Shown: one piece after another, positions 1 to 8,531 of the stretch | How the letters are laid out: each line of letters begins with the position of its first letter | Numbering within the stretch: the stretch's first letter is position 1 | Source: Candidatus Heimdallarchaeota archaeon | GTDB taxonomy: Archaea; Asgardarchaeota; Heimdallarchaeia; Heimdallarchaeales; Heimdallarchaeaceae | Length of the DNA: 37,609 nucleotides | Direction: 5' to 3' | Assembly: GCA_030668825.1 (NCBI GenBank) | Contig: DAOVET010000022.1 | Span: 1-37,609 of the forward strand | Notes under the pieces: model-generated | Databases searched by the model: none | Told to the model about the DNA's origin: nothing | Seen by the model: the letters and a program-made list of their open reading frames with translations, nothing else | Program-made: the position numbers and the translations under genes

Positions 1-1
1 A

Positions 2-235
2 GGAGTTCCTATTATCCATAACATCGATAATTTAGCAGTAGGATCGTATAATTATACCATTGTAGTAGTGGATGAAGAAGGAAGATCTGTTAAGGATACA
101 GTTATGGTAACGGTTAACCCAGTTATTCCTGAATATAGCTCCCTGTTTGGTTATCTTATACTCTCATCGATTATGTGTATCACTTTGGCTATACTATTTA
201 AGAAAAGAAAATCCCAAGAAATTAGAAACATTTAA
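2..235 (+). CDS. Surface protein, C-terminal fragment (partial at window edge); Ig-like domain plus VIPE-TM-basic sorting signal
   Basis: Not in the ORF track. Frame 2 is open from the window start to TAA at 233-235: GVPIIHNIDNLAVGSYNYTIVVVDEEGRSVKDTVMVTVNPVIPEYSSLFGYLILSSIMCITLAILFKKRKSQEIRNI*. 27 of 44 residues are identical to the C-terminus of 34334..36394. Confidence 0.85.
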   Translation, partial: GVPIIHNIDNLAVGSYNYTIVVVDEEGRSVKDTVMVTVNPVIPEYSSLFGYLILSSIMCITLAILFKKRKSQEIRNI

Positions 236-255
236 TCTTTTTTCCTTTTTTTCTT
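236..255 (+). terminator. Oligo-T tract, probable archaeal terminator
   Basis: TCTTTTTTCCTTTTTTTCTT lies immediately after the stop codon, between convergent genes. Confidence 0.5.
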
Positions 256-264
256 GTTTCATTT

Positions 265-459
265 CTATCTAACTAAAAATGGCAATTCTATAACTAAAGC
301 TATCTCAGGACAATCTTCTTCACATACTCCACAATACCAACATTCATCATATTTTTGGTATGGGAACCCTTCATCATTCAATCTAATGATGTCCATTGGA
401 CAACTTTCTACACATTCACCACAGCTTGTACAAAGATCAGTATCTACTATCAATTGCAT
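265..459 (-). CDS. 2x[4Fe-4S] ferredoxin (AprB/AsfB-like)
   Basis: CTSCGECVESCP and CWYCGVCEEDCP motifs, C-terminal IELPFLVR. Starts 3 bp after the flavoprotein stop. Confidence 0.9.
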   Translation of the reverse strand: MQLIVDTDLCTSCGECVESCPMDIIRLNDEGFPYQKYDECWYCGVCEEDCPEIALVIELPFLVR

Positions 460-462
460 TGT

Positions 463-2136
463 TTATACTCCTCCATTTTTTATTGTCACTAGAGTTGTTT
501 GTTCTTCTCCAGATTTCTTTTCTTTTTCGAGGACAACATGCTTTAACAATTTCTCATCATCTTTTTCCGGATAATCGTTTCTATAATGGAACCAACCCCA
601 GCGACTCTCTTTTCGTGTAAGCGAGGCATGTACTGATAGTTCCGCACTATCTAGAATAAATTGTATTTCTTCGTAACGACTTAATTCGTGATAGTCAGTA
701 ATTTTTATGTCTTTCAATTCTTCTCTAAACCTTGGAAGCCACCATAAAAATCGATTCAATTTTGTTTCGTTTTTGGGGGGGACAGCATAATCACTAATTG
801 TTCGTCTAACTTTGTATTCGAAGTCTTGAATAGATATTGTACTGTTTTTGTTTGTATCCATAACGCTGAGAAGACGTTGCTCCTCTGCTTTCAATACATC
901 TTGGTCTACTTTACTGTGATCAATATTACTGACGAATTTTACTGCTTCTTCAGCTGCTACTTCTCCAAAAACAAATGCTCCTGTTAGGTGTTGTAATGGA
1001 ACACAAGCAACATCTCCTGCTGCAAATAGTCCTTTGAGAGTAGTTTCTGTTTTTTCATTAACTACGACACCAGTTAATCCATGGCCACCACAAAGTTGGT
1101 ACTCAGTTTCTCCTAATTCAATAAGGCCTTCTCTAAAATCAACTCCTCGGTTATCCCAGAATTTTTTCTGGATTGGTCGTTCTGTTGTGAATAGTATTCG
1201 TTCTATTTCTTGTATTCTTTCCTCAGGTAGGTGATTCATTTTTATGAAAATTGGTCCTCTACCTTCTCGAAGTTCCTTTAACATGGTTTGAGTGGAGAGA
1301 TACTCTAGTTCAATCGTTTCTCCAAGAGCATTAACTACTTCTGCTCCACGTGTAAGAGTGATATATAATAACGGACAGTTAAGATCTTTTATGAGCGGTG
1401 AACAATTAGTATATTCAAAACCTGTTAATTGGGCTCCTGCTCGATATGCTAAGGAATACCCGTCACCAGCATTTCCTGGATAATCAAATGTTCCATATAG
1501 ATATCCTGAATTTGGAAGCGAAAATCTAGCACAACCACCATTTGCAAGTATAGTTGCTTTTGCTTTGCAGATAACAAATTCACCTGTCCTGATGTTAAAT
1601 CCCATAGCTCCATTTACTTTCCCTTCATCAACCAAAAGACTTGTAATTATCGTTCGATTGATTACTCGTACTCCCGCTTCTTTGACTTTCTCAGCTAAGA
1701 CAAGTTTCAGTTCAGGAGAATCCATTTCCAATAGAAATTTCCCTTTCGCATGAACTTGCAGAGAGATGTATTTATCTTCATCATCTTTGGGAAAACGAAT
1801 ACCCCAGTTCTCAAGACGTTTAAGTATGGAGTAACTTCTTTCAGCCATAACAAAGCTAGGTTTGTAATCTAATATTCCTTCGGTAGCTATGCGTGCAGAA
1901 TCAATATATAACTCAGGAGTAGTAATGCCTGGTTGGACAACAATATTCAGAGCATCCATACCCATAGCAATGGAACCACTTCGACTAATCTCTCCCTTCT
2001 CAATAACAGTTACATCAATATTTGGATTTTTCTCCTTTGCAATAATCGCTGCCATACTACCAGCACTACCACCACCAATAACAAGTATATCTGTTTCCAA
2101 ATCCATCTTTTTACCCAACTGCTGTTTAAATCCCAA
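463..2136 (-). CDS. Fumarate reductase/APS reductase-family flavoprotein (AprA-like/AsfA-like)
   Basis: FAD motif ILVIGGGSAG, RSGSIAMGMDALN, NAGDGYSLAYRAGA, GLFAAGD and RKESRWG..HYRNDYP. TTG start, with an alternative ATG at 2106. Confidence 0.85.
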   Translation of the reverse strand: MGFKQQLGKKMDLETDILVIGGGSAGSMAAIIAKEKNPNIDVTVIEKGEISRSGSIAMGMDALNIVVQPGITTPELYIDSARIATEGILDYKPSFVMAERSYSILKRLENWGIRFPKDDEDKYISLQVHAKGKFLLEMDSPELKLVLAEKVKEAGVRVINRTIITSLLVDEGKVNGAMGFNIRTGEFVICKAKATILANGGCARFSLPNSGYLYGTFDYPGNAGDGYSLAYRAGAQLTGFEYTNCSPLIKDLNCPLLYITLTRGAEVVNALGETIELEYLSTQTMLKELREGRGPIFIKMNHLPEERIQEIERILFTTERPIQKKFWDNRGVDFREGLIELGETEYQLCGGHGLTGVVVNEKTETTLKGLFAAGDVACVPLQHLTGAFVFGEVAAEEAVKFVSNIDHSKVDQDVLKAEEQRLLSVMDTNKNSTISIQDFEYKVRRTISDYAVPPKNETKLNRFLWWLPRFREELKDIKITDYHELSRYEEIQFILDSAELSVHASLTRKESRWGWFHYRNDYPEKDDEKLLKHVVLEKEKKSGEEQTTLVTIKNGGV

Positions 2137-2296
2137 ATATTAAATAACTTCACTTTTTCTGTAACTAGACAAGTTTTAAATCTTTAGCACAATTTTGGGT
2201 TATCACTTCTGCCATGTATAAACAGTTTCAGAGCTACAAGAAGGTAAGTTTTGGTTCATAGAAAGATTTAACTCTCAGCTCAAAGCAAATTCATTC

Positions 2297-2833
2297 ATGA
2301 CAGTTTTTATTACAATGCTTCGTGGAATTAATGTTAGTGGTCAAAAGAAAATCAAAATGGACGAATTAAGGAAACTCTATGAATCATTGGACTTTGAGCA
2401 AGTACGAACATACATTCAAAGCGGAAATGTGATTTTCAATACAAACTTATCAGATCTCTCTGAAATAGTAAAGATGATAGAAAAGCAAATTGTTCTGAAG
2501 CTTGGTTACAATGTAACTGCTGTAATAAGAACTAGAGAAGAACTATCAGATATTGTGAAAAAGAATCCGTATTTTGATAAAGATCTAAGTAAGGTCCATG
2601 TTACATTTTTATCTGAAAATCAAATCAAATATTCTGAAGAAGAGATTTTAAAAGCAAAAGATGAAATGGAAGAATTTCAAATTGTGGATAAAGAAATCTA
2701 TCTCTTCTTACCAAATGGTTCAGGTAGAACTAAGTTAACCAATAATTTCTTTGAAAGAAAAATGGGTGTCAAAGCAACTACTAGAAATTGGAACACTACT
2801 ACAAAGTTACTAGACATTTCCAAATCACCTTAG
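2297..2833 (+). CDS. DUF1697 family protein
   Basis: LRGINVSG, VRTYIQSGNVIF and ATTRNWNT family motifs. Confidence 0.9.
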   Translation: MTVFITMLRGINVSGQKKIKMDELRKLYESLDFEQVRTYIQSGNVIFNTNLSDLSEIVKMIEKQIVLKLGYNVTAVIRTREELSDIVKKNPYFDKDLSKVHVTFLSENQIKYSEEEILKAKDEMEEFQIVDKEIYLFLPNGSGRTKLTNNFFERKMGVKATTRNWNTTTKLLDISKSP

Positions 2834-2974
2834 GTTTGTATTTCCTCTAGAAATTTGTCAATCTCTTGTTTGATTTTGTCACCCTACCCATAGAATAAGT
2901 GCTCTTTTTACGAGAGTAAACTATACTTGATTTGCTCAATTAATTTTTATATGAGCTAGAATAAGTTAACATTT

Positions 2975-4993
2975 ATGATTGATTTTAAGAATCTCATCAA
3001 GAACAATTATTCGGAACTCATTTTGTTTAGTGTAATTTTCTTGTTCTTCTTTCAAATGCTTTCAGATCTAGGTGAACGAATTTACAATTATGCTCTACTC
3101 GGATTGGAACCAACATTGCATATTCTCGCATTATTATTCTTGTTTTCCTCTATAGCTCTGCTCTTCTTTAGAAAAGCAATATCTGATAAGATTTTGTTTA
3201 TTGCGGGAGAGTTAATCATTGTATCAAGATTAATTGAACCATTACTCAAAGGAGAAGCTTTACTTATATTAGCCGGATTGTCTGTTAGTAGTTTCCTTAT
3301 TTTCTTTCCTGCATATTTCACAAGAAGCAAGAACAAAGAACAACAAACTGGGATAACACTAGGAGTATCATTAGCCATAGCTGTAGCAATGTCAATTCTA
3401 TTCAGAACAGTTAACTCTACAATAGATGTCTCGATATATAATTGGTTTCAGATAATTGGTTGGGTTCTAGGAATACTAGCTACACTTATGTTGGTTGGAA
3501 TGTTATTGCAAGGCGAAAAATCCGATCAGAAAAAAACAACTACTGAAGAAAGTCCAGCAAAATTCGGAAAAATTCTTCTTCTAGCTCTTGGTTTGTCAAG
3601 TGTATTCATAGTCATATGGTTTACATTCATAAGTCCTACAGTGATTTCGAGATGGACAGAAGGTAACTATATTGGTATTATTGTTGGAGTCTTAGTAATG
3701 TTAACTTTGTTCATTGTAGGAATGATTTTAAAACCTGACCTAATGAACGCAATTAAATCGTGGATGCTTTGGGCATGGAATGGACTTTTCGCAGTCTCTC
3801 TAACATTGACTGTAATGATACATCAAATTATACCCAATTATGGTTTATTCTTCCCTGATAATCCAGCAGCATACCCAATTGTTGCCATACCAACGACTTT
3901 GGCTCATCACATCCCTTTAGTCCTGATGATTCTACTTTCTCCTATAATTTACATAGATTTTATTCTTTTATCAAGAGAATTACTAAAAATAAAACCAAAG
4001 CCAGCAAAGGTAGGTGGAGGTTTTGCTTTAGGTGCAGGACTGTACATGTTAATTATGATCTTTATGCAAGTATTACCTAATGTCTGGGGATATCTTAGAC
4101 CAATTAGTACTGGATTCAGAGATTTATACTGGTTAGCTTTCCTAATTCCAGGTTTATTCGTTACTTTACCTATCATCCTAGTCAAGAAAAATACTATGAA
4201 ATTTGAAAAGACGGTTAGAGAACTTAAATCGAAATCCATAATTCTTATAATATTAGGGTTGATATTTCTAGGGACAGTGGTAGGAGCTCTTGTTACAAAT
4301 CCTCATCCAGGCACACCAGATGAAGAGAAAACTTCTCTAATAATCATGACTTACAATATTAGGGAAGGTGTAAACAACTCTGGTGAAAAGAATTATGATG
4401 GACAATTGGAACTGATAAGAAGTGTTGACCCTGATATTCTTGCTTTGCAGGAATGCGATCCTGCCAGAATTGGTGGAGGTAATTCCGATGTTGTTAGATA
4501 TTTTGCGAATAAATTAAATATGTTTTCTTACAGGGGACCTAAAACGGTTGCAAACACCTATGGTACAGCTATTCTATCTAAATATCCAATTACTAATGTT
4601 GCAGCTTTCTTTATGTTTAGTACACATCAACAGATAGGAACGACACAAACACAGATTACATTTAGTTCAACTCTTACATTCAATGTTTTCTCAAACCATC
4701 CTGCTGCAAAAACTCCAGAAGCAAAAGTTTACCAAATTGAAGAAATACTAAGTCGTACAGTAGGTCTAGAAAACGTTTTATTGATGGGAGATTTCAATTT
4801 TAAGCCTTACTCAGAATCATATAACATAACTGTAGCTACATTAGAAGATTCTTGGGAACAAAAATGGTTATCAGTAGCAGCAACTAGAATCGATCACATT
4901 TTCCTGAGTCCAGGAATGACTGTTCTTGATGCTGTATATATAGAAAAGGGTCATTCAGATCATCCTGCATATTGGATTGAAATTCAACTGTAA
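2975..4993 (+). CDS. Polytopic membrane protein with C-terminal endonuclease/exonuclease/phosphatase (EEP) domain, Cwh43/PGAP2IP-like
   Basis: About 12-13 hydrophobic segments, followed by EEP motifs MTYNI, PDILALQE, ILSKYPI, LMGDFN, RIDHIF and SDHPA. Confidence 0.8.
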   Translation: MIDFKNLIKNNYSELILFSVIFLFFFQMLSDLGERIYNYALLGLEPTLHILALLFLFSSIALLFFRKAISDKILFIAGELIIVSRLIEPLLKGEALLILAGLSVSSFLIFFPAYFTRSKNKEQQTGITLGVSLAIAVAMSILFRTVNSTIDVSIYNWFQIIGWVLGILATLMLVGMLLQGEKSDQKKTTTEESPAKFGKILLLALGLSSVFIVIWFTFISPTVISRWTEGNYIGIIVGVLVMLTLFIVGMILKPDLMNAIKSWMLWAWNGLFAVSLTLTVMIHQIIPNYGLFFPDNPAAYPIVAIPTTLAHHIPLVLMILLSPIIYIDFILLSRELLKIKPKPAKVGGGFALGAGLYMLIMIFMQVLPNVWGYLRPISTGFRDLYWLAFLIPGLFVTLPIILVKKNTMKFEKTVRELKSKSIILIILGLIFLGTVVGALVTNPHPGTPDEEKTSLIIMTYNIREGVNNSGEKNYDGQLELIRSVDPDILALQECDPARIGGGNSDVVRYFANKLNMFSYRGPKTVANTYGTAILSKYPITNVAAFFMFSTHQQIGTTQTQITFSSTLTFNVFSNHPAAKTPEAKVYQIEEILSRTVGLENVLLMGDFNFKPYSESYNITVATLEDSWEQKWLSVAATRIDHIFLSPGMTVLDAVYIEKGHSDHPAYWIEIQL

Positions 4994-5003
4994 TAGTTCT
5001 CTT

Positions 5004-6074
5004 TCAAACTTTTTTTCTTTTCTTACGTATAATTAAGTATGTAGTTGCACCTATAAGACTTAAAACTAAGAAGCCCCCTATAGAAGCTAAGGAAATTACT
5101 GTATAGTATAGATTATGATATTTTTGATATAAATCTAGACCATTTGTTACCGTTTCTTCTGAGAAAAGTTCTGATAATTTTATTCCTCGTTCTCCTTTTG
5201 ATAACTCTTCTGTTACATTGAAACTAACCTTCTCATTAAATTGTGAAGCAAAATAAATATGCATCATTTTGTTAACTGGATCACAAATATTGGAATAAGC
5301 TGTATATCCATCAATTTTTTCTACGTGAACAGCATCTAAGATTTCTTCAAAGTAATCAACTGTTATGTTATTTTCTGAATCTATCTCTTCTAATAATTCC
5401 GCAGCTTTCTCGTATCGAGGACATGGATATTTTCCATAATAACTTTCAGGGTTAGCACGGTTGAAATTAGTCTGAGCTAGATAACCATTTTCATCTATTT
5501 GTTGAGTAACTACAATTTCTCCACTTAAACCTGGGCTTAGAATAACAGAATCTCCATTTGCATCTGATAGGAATAACTGGAACCATAAACTTTCGAATTC
5601 GAATTTATTAACTAGTTCTATAGCTTCGCTAACGTTCGAACATTCTCTGAGTATCTTTCCCGATAACCAATCTTCTCCCATTTTATATGGTCTTTCGGGG
5701 TGCGAGTTCATGGGCATATCAGGAACAGCAGTTGAATCATAGCACAAACCTACTTCATTCATTCCTCCTTGAACACTAACATATGTATCTTGCCAATACC
5801 AGCCTAAAAAGACACATCCATATCCTGCAGAAGAATTAGGATATACAAAGACATAGCTACCTTCTGGATCATTCATCAAAGGATGATCCCCTGAAGCATC
5901 TTCACTATTCCCAAACAAGACTACTTCTCCAAATCTTGCAGAGAAATTTGTGCAGCTTGCTCCTTGAAATTCTGCAGCATTTTCAGATTGTATGTGATTT
6001 ACTGGAATTGTTATAAAAGACATAATTAGGAGAAATGTTATCGCAGTTTCTCTTTTGATTTTTTTCTCTTTCAT
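5004..6074 (-). CDS. Secreted, C-terminally anchored Ntn hydrolase (C45/choloylglycine hydrolase-like)
   Basis: Signal peptide, SCTNF (N-terminal Cys nucleophile), FGNSED, GGMNEVGL, QTNF, and a C-terminal TM with basic tail RKKRKK. Confidence 0.8.
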   Translation of the reverse strand: MKEKKIKRETAITFLLIMSFITIPVNHIQSENAAEFQGASCTNFSARFGEVVLFGNSEDASGDHPLMNDPEGSYVFVYPNSSAGYGCVFLGWYWQDTYVSVQGGMNEVGLCYDSTAVPDMPMNSHPERPYKMGEDWLSGKILRECSNVSEAIELVNKFEFESLWFQLFLSDANGDSVILSPGLSGEIVVTQQIDENGYLAQTNFNRANPESYYGKYPCPRYEKAAELLEEIDSENNITVDYFEEILDAVHVEKIDGYTAYSNICDPVNKMMHIYFASQFNEKVSFNVTEELSKGERGIKLSELFSEETVTNGLDLYQKYHNLYYTVISLASIGGFLVLSLIGATTYLIIRKKRKKV

Positions 6075-6090
6075 GTTAACACCCTTGATA

Positions 6091-6107
6091 TTCTCATACT
6101 ATGAGAA
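6091..6107. promoter_or_regulatory. Palindromic operator TTCTCATA-C-TATGAGAA
   Basis: Perfect 8-bp inverted repeat between the TATA-like element (about 6119-6130) and the start codon of 5004..6074, in a divergent promoter region shared with a wHTH gene. Confidence 0.6.
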
Positions 6108-6206
6108 CATTAGCAGATTTTTTTATATAAGTGTTTCGATTAAAAATAATTTGTTAGTTGTAATTTTGTCAAAAGGTTTATATATTTTTACTACAATTCA
6201 ATTTTA

Positions 6207-6890
6207 ATGAAGCGAAATTCAAAAGATAGTCATGAATTTATTACCTTTAAGCAACCAATTGTAAAAGTACTTAGAGAGAAAGAAGAACTTGAGCTCTACT
6301 ACAATTTTAAGTATGAACCAATAATCCGCGTATTAAGAGACAGTCCTTTAACTGTATCTGAAATTACTGAAAGATATAATGTGATCTCTGAAAAGAAGAG
6401 AAAAGAAGGAACGATTTATTTATTTCTCAAAGATCTGGAGAAAGGTGGGCTCATTGTTCAATCAGGTCAGCATGTATCTCTAAGAAAGAAAGAAGGAAAA
6501 ACTGTCTACTCTAGAACTCTCTATTCTAGATCTGCTAAGCTTATCTTTCCATCAGTATTGAATTCATATTATTGGAAAACCAAAAAGAGATTAAGAATTC
6601 TTGGAAATGTTAGTGATTTGTTTACTCTCTATACTAGAGACCAACAATCTTCCGTTGAGTGTCTTGGTGAACTTGTTTATGAGATTTATACAAACGCTGA
6701 TTTAAAAGTTGCAGAATTCTTTGAGGAATTCTCTGAGGATGTTTTTAAAATCATTGGTGACAAACCCTTCCAAGAACTCGATAGTATAATGACTATTTTT
6801 AGACTTTTAATGATTATTTTAGACCCATCTGTTTATGAAAAACAACTAAAAAAATGTCTTGGAAGCGATTCAAAAAATAAAAAGGATTAA
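6207..6890 (+). CDS. Winged helix-turn-helix transcriptional regulator (ArsR-like, Asgard-type)
   Basis: IIRVLRDSPLTVSEI...GTIYLFLKDLEKGGLI..LYSRSAK. TTTATATA at 6177-6184. Stop overlaps the next start (TAATG). Confidence 0.7.
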   Translation: MKRNSKDSHEFITFKQPIVKVLREKEELELYYNFKYEPIIRVLRDSPLTVSEITERYNVISEKKRKEGTIYLFLKDLEKGGLIVQSGQHVSLRKKEGKTVYSRTLYSRSAKLIFPSVLNSYYWKTKKRLRILGNVSDLFTLYTRDQQSSVECLGELVYEIYTNADLKVAEFFEEFSEDVFKIIGDKPFQELDSIMTIFRLLMIILDPSVYEKQLKKCLGSDSKNKKD

Positions 6891-7999
6891 TGTTTAAAAT
6901 GCTACGCTATAGAAATCTTAAAACAACTGTGTTTTTCATTCTTTCTATTCTTCTTATTACTAGTTCTTTTATCTCAAATTTATCGTACTCAGTTGCAATA
7001 AACTATGATGTATCAGGGGTTAATAATCAAATTACATCCTCTTGTACTATTTTCACAACAGTTATTGATGATACAGTCTTTTTTGGTAACAATGAGGATT
7101 ATAAACTGAATAATGCTTATAGATGGTATGTTCCAGCACAAAATGTTTCAACAACTTATTTTGGCGTTAAAGAGATCTATGGAGCCGTTTTCTTTGGATT
7201 TGATAATAATAATAACACAGATGTTGATAAATGGGAACAAGGAGGAATGAATGAATTTGGCTTATGTTATGATGGTAATGGTCTCCCAGATATTGAATTG
7301 AATCTAAATCAAAGTGCAATGTACCCTTATACTCCACATGCTTTAGCTCAAGTACTGTGGGATTGTAGAACTGTAGAGGAAGTAATTGCTTGGTATCTGA
7401 ATCATAAATGGGGTGGTACTTTTGGTGGACAAATTCATTATGCAGATAGTACAGGTGATGCAGTGGTGGTTAGTGTTAATGCAACAGGTCAATGGACTTT
7501 TACTAGAATTGATTCCACTTTTCTTGTTTCAACCAATTTTAATTTAGATAATGTTACACATGGACATTATCCTTGTTGGAGATATGATACTGCTACTCAA
7601 ATGTTAGGCGAGATTACTACTGAAGAAAATCTTAATGTTTCTAGATGTGCAAATGTACTTTATGAAGTCCATCAGGAAGGAACATATGCTACAAAATATA
7701 GCAACATTTGTGATCCTGTTAATCTTGAATTTTACTTCAACTCAGGTGAGAACTTCTTAGTTAGTGAAAAATTCAATTTAACTGATAAACTTGCTGAAAC
7801 AGGATCTTATGAAGAAAAAAGTAGTTTCTTAGGAGTGACTGGTAGAGATGGCGGCGTTTTAGTAAAAACTGAAAAGATTGACATACAATTTGAAACCGTT
7901 ACAGAAACTACTGATGAAACTTCTGGAATCCTTCTCCTAATTAGTGTTTTAAGTTTATTATCAACTGTATTTGTTTGTAATAAATTTAGAAAAAGGTAA
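6890..7999 (+). CDS. Secreted, C-terminally anchored Ntn hydrolase (paralog of 5004..6074)
   Basis: Signal peptide, SCTIF, FGNNED, GGMNEFGLCYD, STNF, YPCWRY, YSNICDPVN, Thr-rich linker, TM and KFRKR. Confidence 0.8.
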   Translation: MFKMLRYRNLKTTVFFILSILLITSSFISNLSYSVAINYDVSGVNNQITSSCTIFTTVIDDTVFFGNNEDYKLNNAYRWYVPAQNVSTTYFGVKEIYGAVFFGFDNNNNTDVDKWEQGGMNEFGLCYDGNGLPDIELNLNQSAMYPYTPHALAQVLWDCRTVEEVIAWYLNHKWGGTFGGQIHYADSTGDAVVVSVNATGQWTFTRIDSTFLVSTNFNLDNVTHGHYPCWRYDTATQMLGEITTEENLNVSRCANVLYEVHQEGTYATKYSNICDPVNLEFYFNSGENFLVSEKFNLTDKLAETGSYEEKSSFLGVTGRDGGVLVKTEKIDIQFETVTETTDETSGILLLISVLSLLSTVFVCNKFRKR

Positions 8000-8102
8000 A
8001 GCTATTCCCTTGAAAACTAAATAAAAACAAAGAGTCATAATTAGTTAAAATCACTATGAAAAATTATGATTTTTTGTGTAGTTCAATATTTATTTGTCAA
8101 AA

Positions 8103-8357
8103 TCATTCTGCAATTTTATATACTTCATCCCCTGGACGAACTCTTTCTGGTGTTTTAATACCAACCTTTTGACCTTTCTTTGCTGTTTCTATCTCTTTTC
8201 CTTCTATTTGCATTGATGTTACTTTCATTTTAAAATCAGTTGTAGCACCTTGAAAATGCAATTCATCTCCAATGCTTATCTTTCCCTCTACTTCTACAGC
8301 AGCAACACTAGGTTGTACGTAGAATTTGAATACAGAACCAACCTTTTTTTGACTCAT
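8103..8357 (-). CDS. Stand-alone translation elongation factor domain II-like beta-barrel protein
   Basis: IGDELHFQGATTDF..V.SMQIE...AKKGQKVGIK.PERVRPGDEVY, typical of the small archaeal EF-Tu domain II/U32 C-terminal-like proteins. Confidence 0.8.
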   Translation of the reverse strand: MSQKKVGSVFKFYVQPSVAAVEVEGKISIGDELHFQGATTDFKMKVTSMQIEGKEIETAKKGQKVGIKTPERVRPGDEVYKIAE

Positions 8358-8446
8358 TTAATCACCAACATCATATATGTTGTATTATTTCTTAAAGTTT
8401 TTCGGGAGATAAATTCTTGCTCTCTAAATAATCTATTTACAGAAAC

Positions 8447-8508
8447 TTTATAAGTGTCTCATTGATGAGACATATTAATATCGCCAAAATTGTCTTGTTT
8501 GTGAGACA
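8447..8508 (+). promoter_or_regulatory. TATA box plus two operator palindromes TGTCTCA-N4-TGAGACA
   Basis: TTTATAAG at 8447-8454, perfect TGTCTCA-TTGA-TGAGACA at 8455-8472, degenerate TGTCTTG-TTTG-TGAGACA at 8491-8508. Both palindromes are followed by TATTAA. Confidence 0.7.
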
Positions 8509-8531
8509 TATTAAAAATTGAGGTAGAAAAT

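Noticed and set aside
254-2187. Plus-strand ORFs at 254, 396, 1034, 1292, 1565, 1889 and 1933
   Set aside because: They are antisense shadows of the flavoprotein and ferredoxin genes and have no motifs.
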